Shown: piece by piece, positions 46,915 through 57,100 of the stretch | How positions within the stretch are numbered: the first letter of the stretch is position 1 | Layout of the letters: each line of letters begins with the position of its first letter | Position numbers and translations under genes: made by a program | Notes under the pieces: generated by a model | Told to the model about the DNA's origin: nothing | The model's input: only the letters and a program-made list of their open reading frames with translations | Database searches by the model: none | Assembly: GCA_038227875.1 (NCBI GenBank) | Contig: JBBRPR010000028.1 | Span: 32,001 to 96,000 of the forward strand | From: Planctomycetota bacterium | GTDB taxonomy: Bacteria; Planctomycetota; SZUA-567; H5-PLA8 | Direction of reading: 5' to 3' | Length of the DNA stretch: 64,000 nt

Positions 46915-47589
46915 ATGACCGCACGCTGCCCCAAATGTTCCGGCGCGATTGCCGAGGGCGATTTGAACGTCTCCGCCAACATCGCACGCTGCGCGGCGTG
47001 TAATGAGGTGTTTCCGCTCTCGGAATTGGTGACGGATAAAACCAGCGAGGAACGCGCCTCGGTTCTGGCTCCCCCTGTGGTCGATCTGAACACACCGCCA
47101 GCCGGGGTGCGGTATGAGCAGACGTTCGACGGCGTGATCGTCAGCGCGACGACGCGGTCGTGCTTTGTGATTCCGATGATTCCATTTATTTGCCTCTGGT
47201 CGGGTGGATCGCTGAGCGGAATCTACGGTTCGCAGATCATGAAGGGCCAATTCAATCCCGCCATGTCGTTGTTCGGTCTGCCATTTCTGGCGGGCACGGT
47301 GTTTCTCGTCGGCTACGTCTTGATGGGTATTTTCGGACGCGTGGAAATCCGCCTGCGCGGCGACGACGGAGAAGTCTTCACCGGCGTTGGACCCATTGGC
47401 CGGACGAAGCATTTTCAACTGAGCGAAGTGACCGGCGTGCATATGGAAGTGACGAAACGAAGTAAGGGCGGCATCACGAAACAGATTGTGATCGACGGCC
47501 CTACGCCGATCAAATTCGGTTCGATGCTCAATTACGCGCGTCAGGAATTTCTGCTGGCCGTCTTGAAGAAACTGACGGCCAAGCAGTGA
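46915..47589 (+). CDS. Zn-ribbon plus two-TM hypothetical protein
   Basis: CPKC...CAAC, two TM helices and a C-terminal beta-rich domain. Confidence 0.75.
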   Translation: MTARCPKCSGAIAEGDLNVSANIARCAACNEVFPLSELVTDKTSEERASVLAPPVVDLNTPPAGVRYEQTFDGVIVSATTRSCFVIPMIPFICLWSGGSLSGIYGSQIMKGQFNPAMSLFGLPFLAGTVFLVGYVLMGIFGRVEIRLRGDDGEVFTGVGPIGRTKHFQLSEVTGVHMEVTKRSKGGITKQIVIDGPTPIKFGSMLNYARQEFLLAVLKKLTAKQ

Positions 47590-47592
47590 CAC

Positions 47593-48267
47593 TCACGCCA
47601 GCTTGCCGTCTTTCAAGCGCACGGTCCGGCTTGCGATTTTGGCGGCGTCTTCCGAATGCGTGGCCATCACCAGCGTCGTCTGATGTTCCTTGACCAACTC
47701 TGAAATCAACTGCAGCACCACGACGCTGCTGGCGCTATCGAGATTCCCGGTCGGTTCGTCGGCCAGCAGCAAGACCGGACTGTTGATCAGCGCGCGGGCC
47801 AGCGCGATGCGCTGCTGTTCGCCGCCGCTCAAAATGTCCGGATGGCTCGTGGCGCGTGCACCGAGGCCCACGCGATCCAACAATTGCTTCGCGCGCTGTT
47901 GCAGTTCGCCTTCGGGCAATCCGGCGAGGCGGCCGGGCAGGACCACGTTTTCGATCACGTTCAGCGTCGGCAGCAGGTGGAAGAACTGAAAGACGAAGCC
48001 GATCCGCGAGCGGCGAAAGTGCGAAAGCTCGGTGTCGTTGAGCTTCATCAGTTCGCGGCCGTCGACGTTAATCTCGCCGCTGGTCGGCAGATCGAGTCCG
48101 CCGAGCAGATGGAGCAGGGTGCTCTTTCCCGAGCCGCTGGCGCCCATCAACGCGACAGCTTCACCGCGCGCAACGTCGAGATCGACGCCGCTGAGCGCCT
48201 GAACGGCGGCCGCGGTGGGACCGGCGGCTTCAAAGCGCTTGGTAATGTTGCGGGCGCGGATCATCAA
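47593..48267 (-). CDS. ABC transporter ATP-binding protein, LolD/MacB-like
   Basis: GASGSGKST, IGFVFQ, LSGGEQQR, LLADEPTGNLD and ATH. Confidence 0.93.
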   Translation of the reverse strand: MMIRARNITKRFEAAGPTAAAVQALSGVDLDVARGEAVALMGASGSGKSTLLHLLGGLDLPTSGEINVDGRELMKLNDTELSHFRRSRIGFVFQFFHLLPTLNVIENVVLPGRLAGLPEGELQQRAKQLLDRVGLGARATSHPDILSGGEQQRIALARALINSPVLLLADEPTGNLDSASSVVVLQLISELVKEHQTTLVMATHSEDAAKIASRTVRLKDGKLA

Positions 48268-48273
48268 GAAGCT

Positions 48274-49923
48274 TTATTGCTTGCCGAGTCGCGACAACGC
48301 TTCGCTCAGCCATTCCGACGGAATGGTGCCGCTGATCTTGATCTCATCCATGGCAATGCCGTCGCTGAGTCCCTGCAGCCAGAGCTGGCCGGGTTTCTCA
48401 CCAAAGTTAGGCGGCAGCGTGTAGCCGGTGCTCTTCTCGTCGCGGGAGGACATCGAGGCGCGGTAGCCGCCGCGATCGGTCTTGATCTCCAGCCCGAGCT
48501 TCTCCGGCTTGTCGCTCTCTTTTCGCGCGGAAAGATTGGAACTGTGGGCGCGCGTGTTGTTCTCGCGCACCTGCATCACCGCGTCGCGGCTGACGTCGAC
48601 GGACACTCCCCGCTCCGGCGAGTACAGCGCGCCAAAGGCGAGGCTCCGTTCCGCGCGGACATCGCGGTTGAGCGTCAGCGTCATCGAAATCGGTCCGGCG
48701 AACGGGACGATGTGAGCGAAGCGCGCGTTGGGAACGGCAATCGCGCCGTCCGGGCGCTTGGAGAGCGTGGAGGGTCCGGCCGGTTCGGGCAACCAATCTT
48801 CCGTGAGTTGCTTGGTTTCGCGGCCGTAGGTCAGTTCCACTTCGACGCCCGACGACGAGCGGCTGCGCAGCTTCACGCGTCCGTTGAACAGGCGCTGCAG
48901 ATCCGCCTCGGTGGCCAGTTCCACGCGCCAGCCGGGCACGCGCGCGCCGACAACCGATTCGGTGCGGCCCTTGGGTTGACCGCTGCCTTCGAGGTACTTC
49001 GAGCCGGGGCCGAGCGTCGTGGTGACTTCCGTGCCCGCATGCCGCGAGACGACAATCGCGCTGCCGGAAACGACCAGCGCGCTGCCGTCGAAGGCGCTGC
49101 CGTTCTTGGTGACGTTGACGAACAACTGCGTGCCGGGATCGGGCAGGACCAATCCCAGGTCCGAATGGACGTCCCACTTCATCAGTCGCGGCGCGTTCTT
49201 GTCGGGGTTGGCCAGCGGCTTGTTGACGCCCAGTTCGCCGCTCTCCACGGAGATGCTGAACGCGTCTACGGAACTGGATTGCGGTTCCAGCGTCACGTGC
49301 GACGACGGGCCGATAAAGAGCGCCGTGCCGTCGTTGAGGTCGATGCGCGCGCGGCCGCCTTCGGGCGTGATCACCGTGTCGCCGGCGTAGATCGTCTCGC
49401 CTTCGTGCGCTGCGCGCGGTGAGCGGCCTTCGCTGGCGTTGCCGGTCTCAACCGCGCCGTTGACCAGCGAGAGCGCGCCGAGTTGCGTGTGCGGGTAGAG
49501 CAGACTGTTCTTGCCGGTAAAGAAAATCAGAATCAGTGCGGTGACGCCGATGATCAGCGCCAGCACCACGCCCCAGACGCGCGAACGGGAGACTTTTTCG
49601 CTGCGCTGACTGGCGAATTTGGTCAGTCGCGCGGCGCGGCGGGCTTCGACGCGCAGCCGTTTTTCCGGCGGCAGCGCGCGGATGATCTTGGCCGATTCCA
49701 CCGACGCTTCCGCGCGCACCGCGCGCGAGAAATCCGGCGTGCCTTGAACGGGACGCATCGCGGGGACGGCTTCCAGCATCTTCCCTGTGCCCTTCAATTC
49801 GCGATACGCTTTCATACACGCGGGGCAAAGGTTCAGGTGCTCCTGGATTAACACCGCTTCGGCTTCTGGAAGTTCATCCAGAAGGAAGTCGGCCAGATAT
49901 TCGGTGCACTTTTCACAGTCCAT
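48274..49923 (-). CDS. zf-HC2 anti-sigma factor with TM and FecR domain
   Basis: MDCEKC...HLNLCPAC, one TM helix and GDTVIT...LNDGTALFIGPSS...GEL. Confidence 0.88.
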   Translation of the reverse strand: MDCEKCTEYLADFLLDELPEAEAVLIQEHLNLCPACMKAYRELKGTGKMLEAVPAMRPVQGTPDFSRAVRAEASVESAKIIRALPPEKRLRVEARRAARLTKFASQRSEKVSRSRVWGVVLALIIGVTALILIFFTGKNSLLYPHTQLGALSLVNGAVETGNASEGRSPRAAHEGETIYAGDTVITPEGGRARIDLNDGTALFIGPSSHVTLEPQSSSVDAFSISVESGELGVNKPLANPDKNAPRLMKWDVHSDLGLVLPDPGTQLFVNVTKNGSAFDGSALVVSGSAIVVSRHAGTEVTTTLGPGSKYLEGSGQPKGRTESVVGARVPGWRVELATEADLQRLFNGRVKLRSRSSSGVEVELTYGRETKQLTEDWLPEPAGPSTLSKRPDGAIAVPNARFAHIVPFAGPISMTLTLNRDVRAERSLAFGALYSPERGVSVDVSRDAVMQVRENNTRAHSSNLSARKESDKPEKLGLEIKTDRGGYRASMSSRDEKSTGYTLPPNFGEKPGQLWLQGLSDGIAMDEIKISGTIPSEWLSEALSRLGKQ

Positions 49924-50013
49924 AGTATTGGCTTCGCGGCTCACGAAAATGAGTGAGCGATCCCCTTTTTAACTACACCGTCACAGTACGGGTTTCAGCA
50001 TCTTGTACTATTC

Positions 50014-50676
50014 TCACAAGTAATCCTTGATGGACTTCCGCAGGCGCTCCAGTGCAGAATAGATACGCGCCCGCACCGTGCCCACGGGTACGCCGACGAC
50101 CTCGGCGATCTCGCGGTACTTCAGGCCCTGAAAGCGGTTGAGGATAAGCACTTCACGTTCCGCTTCGGGCAGTGCTTCCAACGCTTTTTCCAGCCGCTGA
50201 TCGCGTTCGCGGCTGACCATTTCGTCGAGCGGACTGGTGCCGGCCGATTGCAGGTAATCGCCGACGCGCGCCGAGTCCTCCCCGCCGCCGTGCGATGACG
50301 AGAGGCTGTCTTCGATCGAGACCGTCGGATGGCGCGAACGCCAGCGCAGCTCGTTCTTGCAGAGGTTGCGGACGATGGTGTAAAACCACGTCGTGAAGCT
50401 GCGCGGGTACTGGTAGCTCTTGGCATCTTTGAAAATGCGCAAAAACGCTTCCTGCCCCAGCGCCTCGGTGCGGCTCTGGTCGCCGACGAGCCGGTTGATG
50501 AACGACAGCGCCTGGCCTTCGTAGCGCTGGAAGAGGACCTCAAACGCCGCTTCGTCGCCGTCCTGGCACAGATGCATCAGGTCTTCGTCGGACATCGAAT
50601 CGACCGATTGGAGCTCATCGATTTCCGGAATTTCCGACGGCGCAGCGGCAGACTTGCTCGGAGTTTCTTCCGGCAC
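50014..50676 (-). CDS. ECF sigma factor
   Basis: SDEDLM...GDEAAF, FTTWFYTIVRNLCKNELR and YREIAEVVGVPVGTVRARI. Start uncertain. Confidence 0.93.
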   Translation of the reverse strand: MPEETPSKSAAAPSEIPEIDELQSVDSMSDEDLMHLCQDGDEAAFEVLFQRYEGQALSFINRLVGDQSRTEALGQEAFLRIFKDAKSYQYPRSFTTWFYTIVRNLCKNELRWRSRHPTVSIEDSLSSSHGGGEDSARVGDYLQSAGTSPLDEMVSRERDQRLEKALEALPEAEREVLILNRFQGLKYREIAEVVGVPVGTVRARIYSALERLRKSIKDYL

Positions 50677-50896
50677 GCCCGCGGTTTCAGCCGGAACGTC
50701 GGCCGCCGGCTCGGGCGGAGGTGTGGACGGAGGCGAAGATTTGTCAGCGTGCTTGCGTGCGATAGCCGGGTCACTCCTGGCGATGAAGGCGCTTTAGGAT
50801 ATCGGGAAAGCGCTGCGTTTGCAATGGGCGTCGGTGCCGCGTCGCTGAACAAGCGCACTCGTGAGTCCAATTCCGTCCGGCTTGTGCGCGGGGTTT

Positions 50897-51958
50897 TTAA
50901 CGCGCAGCGATTCGTTTCTGGACCAAGACTGCAATCAATTCGACGGCTGAATCCGGAAAGGGCGCAACGCTGCTGACGTTGATCTCGCACAGCACGTATG
51001 TATCCCGTCCGGACTCGTCACGTTTGCCGAGAAGGAAATCCGCATCCCAGAGGGCCGGAAGATCCTCTGTTGCGATGCCCAGGACGCGCTGCATGTCCGA
51101 CACCCAGCGGCTTTCAAGCCGTTCCTTGAGCGCTTGAAACTCCGGCTTTGTCGGCGGGAAGTACAACCGGGGGCCCGGCTGAGGCGCGGCGCTTTCCGGC
51201 ATACCCCGCGGCGCGGGATACAACGCGTTAATCTGCTGGTGTCCAAAGCCGGCCACCTGATTTCCCACCAGATAGCAGCGGATCATTCCGTCCTGCAGGC
51301 GCTCCTGAAACGGTTGATCGATCATGCGGCCCGTACCGGCGAAGTAGGGTTCGCAGGTCGCCAGGAATTCGTTCAACGTCATGAGCGTTTCGACACTACC
51401 ACGTTTGGCATGGCGAACTCGAACGGGCAGAACTGTCCCGGAGGACGCCGGCCCCGGCGACTGTGCCTGAATTTTCCAGACGCCATCGCCGCCATTTCCG
51501 CGGTGTTGTTTGAGAACGCGGACTTCGCCGCGCGCCAGTCGGTCCGGCAATTGTCGGCGCAGTTCGTCCATGCTGCGGTACATCTGGGTGTCGCAGCCCC
51601 ACTCCAGGCTGCGCGTTTCATACAACACTTCCTTCGTACCCATTTTTAGAATGACATCAGGATGAGCGCTGACGATCGTGCCGCGCGCCGCGATCTCGCG
51701 CAGCATCGCATCCAGTACCGAGCGATCGCGCCCACCTTCAATCGGATTGACCCAGACGAGGACAGCCTGCGCGCCCAGCAGCTGCGACTTGACGTCCGAC
51801 ACCCAGTCGTCGTGATAGACCACCGGTTCCGCGTCGATTCCAATCCCTGCCAGGGCGCGGAATATGGCGGCGAAGCGATTGTTCTCCGGAGTGGCCTCCT
51901 GCCTGACTTTCTGATCTCCAGGATAAAGGATCGCGACGCGATGTTTGGTGCTCATCAT
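50897..51958 (-). CDS. Cj0069-like ATP-grasp protein
   Basis: LVWVNP, HPDVILKMGTKEVL, RVLKQHRGNGG, LWDADF and CEINVSSV. Confidence 0.75.
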   Translation of the reverse strand: MMSTKHRVAILYPGDQKVRQEATPENNRFAAIFRALAGIGIDAEPVVYHDDWVSDVKSQLLGAQAVLVWVNPIEGGRDRSVLDAMLREIAARGTIVSAHPDVILKMGTKEVLYETRSLEWGCDTQMYRSMDELRRQLPDRLARGEVRVLKQHRGNGGDGVWKIQAQSPGPASSGTVLPVRVRHAKRGSVETLMTLNEFLATCEPYFAGTGRMIDQPFQERLQDGMIRCYLVGNQVAGFGHQQINALYPAPRGMPESAAPQPGPRLYFPPTKPEFQALKERLESRWVSDMQRVLGIATEDLPALWDADFLLGKRDESGRDTYVLCEINVSSVAPFPDSAVELIAVLVQKRIAAR

Positions 51959-51975
51959 AATTTTGTCCTGAACCG

Positions 51976-52587
51976 TTACTTTCCGCTGTACGTGAAGTCG
52001 TCGAATAGCGTCACGCTGTCGGCCTTCGTCCATACGCCTACTGCGCCCGCGTCCGGGAAAGTCGCGTCCTCCGCTTCGATCACCACTGCGCCGTCGAAGG
52101 AAACTTTGAAACTGTTGCCGCTGAATTCCACTTTCAGCGTATGCCAGACCTGGGTCGCGACTTTCGTGTCGATGCTCTTGAAGGCGACGCGGGAGCCCTT
52201 CACGGTGTGATAAATGGTGACGTTGTCTTCCAGCGCATTGGCGCGGGCGATGTAATAATTGTCGCCGTCTTTAAAGCGCCAGACCAGCCCGCCCGCCTGG
52301 TCTTCCTTGCCCGCCACGGGTTTGAATTTCACTTCCACCGTACCGTCCTTGACCGCCGCGTCTTTCAGCACGCAAAACGGATAACGGCCCTCGCCAGATT
52401 GTTTGAGCACATTGCCCTTGCTCGGCGCTGAGTCGTCGGCCACGACGCTCCATTTTGGCGTGCCGCCACCGGTGACACCCGCCATCCATCCGTTGGGCAA
52501 GTCGCCCACCTTCGTCGCATCAAAATTCTCAGACGCAGCATGAAGTGAGGACGTGACGACAAGTAGTGCTAGTATGAAGTACCACAT
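51976..52587 (-). CDS. Secreted DUF1080-like beta-sandwich protein
   Basis: Signal peptide MWYFIL..., DQAGGLVWRF, WHTLKVEF and GAVGVWTKADSVTLFDDF. Confidence 0.75.
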   Translation of the reverse strand: MWYFILALLVVTSSLHAASENFDATKVGDLPNGWMAGVTGGGTPKWSVVADDSAPSKGNVLKQSGEGRYPFCVLKDAAVKDGTVEVKFKPVAGKEDQAGGLVWRFKDGDNYYIARANALEDNVTIYHTVKGSRVAFKSIDTKVATQVWHTLKVEFSGNSFKVSFDGAVVIEAEDATFPDAGAVGVWTKADSVTLFDDFTYSGK

Positions 52588-52610
52588 GGATATGTTCTCC
52601 TGCTGTCGCC

Positions 52611-53462
52611 TCAACGCTTCACCAACCGCATCGCATCCCCATGCCACAACGTCTCGATCCCATCGATGCCCCATTTCTCAAGGCCGATGGACGGGTCGCC
52701 CATCTCGACGAGATTGTTCGGCAGAATGCGGCTGAAGAGCACCGAATGCGCCACGCCCGGCGTCCAGCCCCAGTTCTGTTCGTAGCGTACGTCGGTGCCG
52801 GGCTTCTTGTCGAGCCGGACACTCAGGATCAGCGGGCCTTTCAGCTTGCCGCTTTTCAGGTCGTCGACGGTGCCGCGGAGCACCTCCACGTCGTAGGGCG
52901 TGCCGGCGGTTTTCAGTTTCAGGCCGCGGTAGAGGCCATACCAGAGCGTCCCGTTGGTGCGCGTCAGGCAAAGGCGGATCATCTCCTGCTCGGTGGTCCG
53001 GATGCCGACAGTGCGCAGCAACGTCGCGGCGCAGGCGGCGCTGCAGCTGGAATCCGACGACTGAATCGCGACGCCTTCGCGCGTCCAGTAATCGCCACCC
53101 TGCGGCACGGGTCCCACCAGCGGCGCGATCAGCGTGTAGGTGCAGGCGACGATCAGTAGCACGCAGTAGATCCCGCGGCGCAGGCGGCCGCCGGGGATGC
53201 GCTTGACCACCAGCCCTGTCAGCAGCCCGCCAAACAGGATCAGCCAGTTGCCGACGATGATTGCGTTGGAGAACGGTAGCATCCGGATCAGCAGCGCCGA
53301 TTCGCGCAAGAAAATGGCGTACAGAAAAAGCCCGACAATGGTCAGCGTGATCGCCGCCAGCGACGCGCGCTGAGATAGTCGCGCGTCGGCTTTCAGCCCC
53401 AAAAATAACAGGACCGCGGCCAGGCTGACCATGATGCCGAGTCCAATATAGATGTCGGCCAT
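52611..53462 (-). CDS. Membrane-bound C39-like cysteine peptidase
   Basis: Four N-terminal TM helices, then QSSDSSCSAACAATLL, HSV and DP. Confidence 0.8.
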   Translation of the reverse strand: MADIYIGLGIMVSLAAVLLFLGLKADARLSQRASLAAITLTIVGLFLYAIFLRESALLIRMLPFSNAIIVGNWLILFGGLLTGLVVKRIPGGRLRRGIYCVLLIVACTYTLIAPLVGPVPQGGDYWTREGVAIQSSDSSCSAACAATLLRTVGIRTTEQEMIRLCLTRTNGTLWYGLYRGLKLKTAGTPYDVEVLRGTVDDLKSGKLKGPLILSVRLDKKPGTDVRYEQNWGWTPGVAHSVLFSRILPNNLVEMGDPSIGLEKWGIDGIETLWHGDAMRLVKR

Positions 53463-53665
53463 CTTTAGCGTCTGCCTCTATAAAGCGGGAGATGAGCGAA
53501 ACTTATAACGAATCTTGAGCACCGCAGCGATTCCGTTGCAAATCCAGTGTAATCAACTCAGCCCACGTGGCTCTTTATATCGGTTACGCGCCGCCAGCTC
53601 AACCAGTTCGGCGTGCAGAAGCTTCCGGATCTTACGACAGGTAGTGAACACGGGATGAAAAGACT

Positions 53666-54196
53666 TTGCTCCTGACTGCTGCCGGCCAATTTACGGCTGA
53701 TGCCACCGAACGCGAGTTGGAAGGACTCTTCCAGCGCTACGCGCCAGGCCTGGGCAGCTATTTTCTGGCGCGGCTGCGCGATCCGGAGCTGGCTGAAGAG
53801 CTTACGGCGCGCGTGTTCGTCATGGCGGTGCAGAAGTTCGAGCAATGCCGCGGCAATCGCGCCGGCTGGCTGTGGGCGATTGCGCAGAGCGTCCTGTCGC
53901 GGTACGTGCGCGACCGCAATCGCGTGCCGCCGCCGCCGCTGAACGTGGCCGAACGCGACCCGGGCGAGGCGGCCGAGCAGCGTGAATTGCAGGCGCGGCT
54001 GCCGGAGATCCTGAGCGAATTGAACGAGCAGCAGCATGAAGTGGTCTACCTGAAATACTTTCAAGATTTGAGCAACACCGAGATTGCCGAAGCGACCGGC
54101 ATGACGCCGGCGAACGTCGCGGTGGTGCTCCATCGAACGTTAAAGCGCCTGCGCGAGCTGATCGATGCGCCCGCGGCGCGGGAGAAAATGGCATGA
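53666..54196 (+). CDS. ECF sigma factor
   Basis: LAEELTARVF...GWLWAIAQ and LSNTEIAEATGMTPANVAVVLHR. TTG start; the stop overlaps the next ATG (ATGA). Confidence 0.9.
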   Translation: MLLTAAGQFTADATERELEGLFQRYAPGLGSYFLARLRDPELAEELTARVFVMAVQKFEQCRGNRAGWLWAIAQSVLSRYVRDRNRVPPPPLNVAERDPGEAAEQRELQARLPEILSELNEQQHEVVYLKYFQDLSNTEIAEATGMTPANVAVVLHRTLKRLRELIDAPAAREKMA

Positions 54197-57100
54197 CCGA
54201 CGGTGACCTGAATCCAGACGACGCGCGACTCGGCGCGCAATTGCGCGCCGCGCGACCGCAGCTTTCCGCGGCCGCGCTGGCGCGCGCGCATGCCGCGATG
54301 CGCCGCGAACTCAACATCCGTAACGAAACGCGCCGGAGCTTTCAGGATCGACGCCGCCCGCTGGTCGCCGCCATCGCGGCGCTCTTTGCCGTGGGATTGC
54401 TGATCGCGTGGTACGCCGTCACGGTGACGCCGCATGCCACGGAAATCGTGCAGGTGAAATCGCCCGGCGAAGCCTTTCACGCGGCGGAGCTCGAACAACG
54501 GCGCCGCGAGGAACTCAAGGCGAAGTACGCCCTCGCCAAATCGCCGGCGGAGCAGGCGGCGCTGGCCGCGGAGCTGGCGAAGATCACGCCGGATAATCAG
54601 ATTCCGCAGTGGATGCGCTTCGACGCGGCGATGGGCCTGGTGAATCCGCGGCTGAAGTGGCACGCAGCGGGATTCGCGTACGGGTCATACTTCCAATCAG
54701 CGGACCGCCTTAAACATGCGCGCGCCGACCAATACCGCTTCGAGGCACACAATGGCGAACAGTGGATGCGGGACGCGATTCCGGCGAACGTCAAATTTGA
54801 CCTCAAAACACATTCGAATGGCAGACTGGCACGGCAGGAAGCCCGGCTTCAGAGTGCAAACGAGCCGGAGTTTTTCTGGACCGTCGACGACCCGAAGTCT
54901 CCCGACGTGACGCGTGCCGTGGCGCTGCTGGGCAGCGTCCACGACGACGTCAGCGCACGTTGGGTCGACGCGCTGCGGATCAACAACACTGTGCTGACGA
55001 TGGATGTGCGCGGCGGGTATGCCTCCGGCAGCGCCGCGCCGATTGTGCTGGACGCGCGCGCCGCCGACGAGATCACGTTCAAGCTCTACCGCGTCGCCGA
55101 CGCCGCGAAACTGCAGGCCGCGGCGCAGCGCATCGGCACCGATTACATCTTTGCCGACCATGCTGAGATCAGAGCTGAGCAATTGGATATGGTGAAGTAC
55201 GCCATACAGGATGAAGTCATGAAGGACCTTCGAAAAAAGCTCGATCCGCTGCCCGAATTCTCGAACGCCGAGCTGGCGGGGTCCTGGCACGTCGCGGTCG
55301 GTGAGATGAAAGCGCTTCACATTCAGAAGTATGAGTTCCGGGACCGCTGGTGGGACGACGCGGAAGAGAACGACGAGCCCGACGCCGCATACTTCGACGA
55401 TGCTTGCTCGCAATTTGCCGCTCGGCTTCACCGTGAGTACTGGCCGGAGGAAGATGAACTCAGTGCCTGGACCTGCGCCCGCAAGTTCGAGATCCCCGCC
55501 GCCTCGCTCCAGCCTGGCGCATACGTGCTGGTCGCCGAAGCCAACGGCACGCGAGCCTGCGCGCCGATCCTCGTCGATTCGCTCAGCCTGACCCTGCGCC
55601 GCTGCCGCGACGGCGTGATGGTTGTCGCCAGCGACAATCAGGGCGCCGCGCCGGTCGCAAGAGCTCGCGTGCTCGCCGACGGCATGCTGCAGCCCAGTTC
55701 CACCGATGCAAGCGGCGTGGCGTTCGCGCGCGTCTTCGCGGCCGGCGACAAACCGATTCTCGTCGAAAAGGACGGCCGCTTCGCCATCGGCGGTTTCGGA
55801 AAAGTCTTCGACGGGATCTACAACGGTCCGGAGGAATATCAACGCGAACGATGGGATCTCGCCCGCTCGAGTTTGCGCCAGGCCCGCGCGACGGAGCGCG
55901 ATCTCGCCTCGGAAGACGCCGTCGGACAGGTGTTCGAAGACCGTCACGTCGCCGCCGCATACACCGACCGGCCGACCTACCGGCCGGGCCAGGACGTTCA
56001 ATTCAAGCTGATCGTGCGCACGCTCGGCCAGCCGCTGGATGTCGAAAAGTCCAGGGCCCCCGGTTTCCGCGATGAGGACTTCGACCGCGCCCGGCTGCTC
56101 CAATTGCCCAACCCCGGCACGACCGTGGCGTACGAAGCGCTCGACAAGAAAGGCCGCTCGATCGCCAGCGGCGCGATGGGCCTCAACGAATTCGGCACGG
56201 CCAGCGGCACGATCCATCTTTCCGACGAATGCGCGACCGGCGCCTGCGCGCTGCGCATCAACCTCAATGGCACGGCGCGAATCCTGCCCGACATCTTCAC
56301 GGTCAAGAATTACCGCCGTCCCAACTTCGAAGTCGCGCTCAAAGGCCTGCCGGAAAACCTGACGAAGCTGGCTGGCCAGAAGCTCACGCTTGAGGTCTCC
56401 GCGAAGTACTACTTCGGCAAAACCGTCGCGGGCGGGACGGCTCACGTCCGGCTGGTTCACGCCGACAGCTGGCGGCCCCTGGCGGAGAAAGACGTGGTGC
56501 TTTCGAACACTGGCGACACCGTCGCGGTGCTTCAACTTCCAGAGAAATTGATCGGCGGCGCGTACCACGTGATCTGCGCGGTCACCGACGACAGCAACCA
56601 GACCGTGACGCAGACGGCGGCAGCGAACGTCGACCTGCCGCCGGCGGTGAAAGCGGACTCGCTGGCCGACCTCCCGCGCTTTGCTCCGGCCAGCGAAGTG
56701 CTGCACATTTCTGGTTTGTCCACGGAAGTCACGGCCAAGCACGGCGACGTCACCGCGCGCTTCACACCCGACGCGAAGGGCGTCGCCGAACTGAAACTGG
56801 GCACCGGTTGGTGGACGCTCAGCGCCGATGGCAAATCCGCATCGCTCTTCGTTTACGGCGAGGGCGCGTACATCTTCAGCAACTTGAATGATGAAGAAAA
56901 GGGCTTCGTCAACATCGCCAACTACGGCAGCGAAGAGAGCGGCATGACTTACGAATACAACGGCCGCAAGCCGGAACTGTGGGCGCTCTTCGGCCGCCAG
57001 CACGCCGAGGTCGGCGGCACGATCAAGGTTCTGCTTTACGCTCCCAACGCGACGCGCGCGCTGCTGACGATGGAAGGCCGCACCGTGCTGGACTACGTGA

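Noticed and set aside
45084..47419. Diverged repeat pair as a diversity-generating retroelement TR/VR
   Set aside because: Differences are not adenine-specific, they include indels, and there is no reverse transcriptase in the window.
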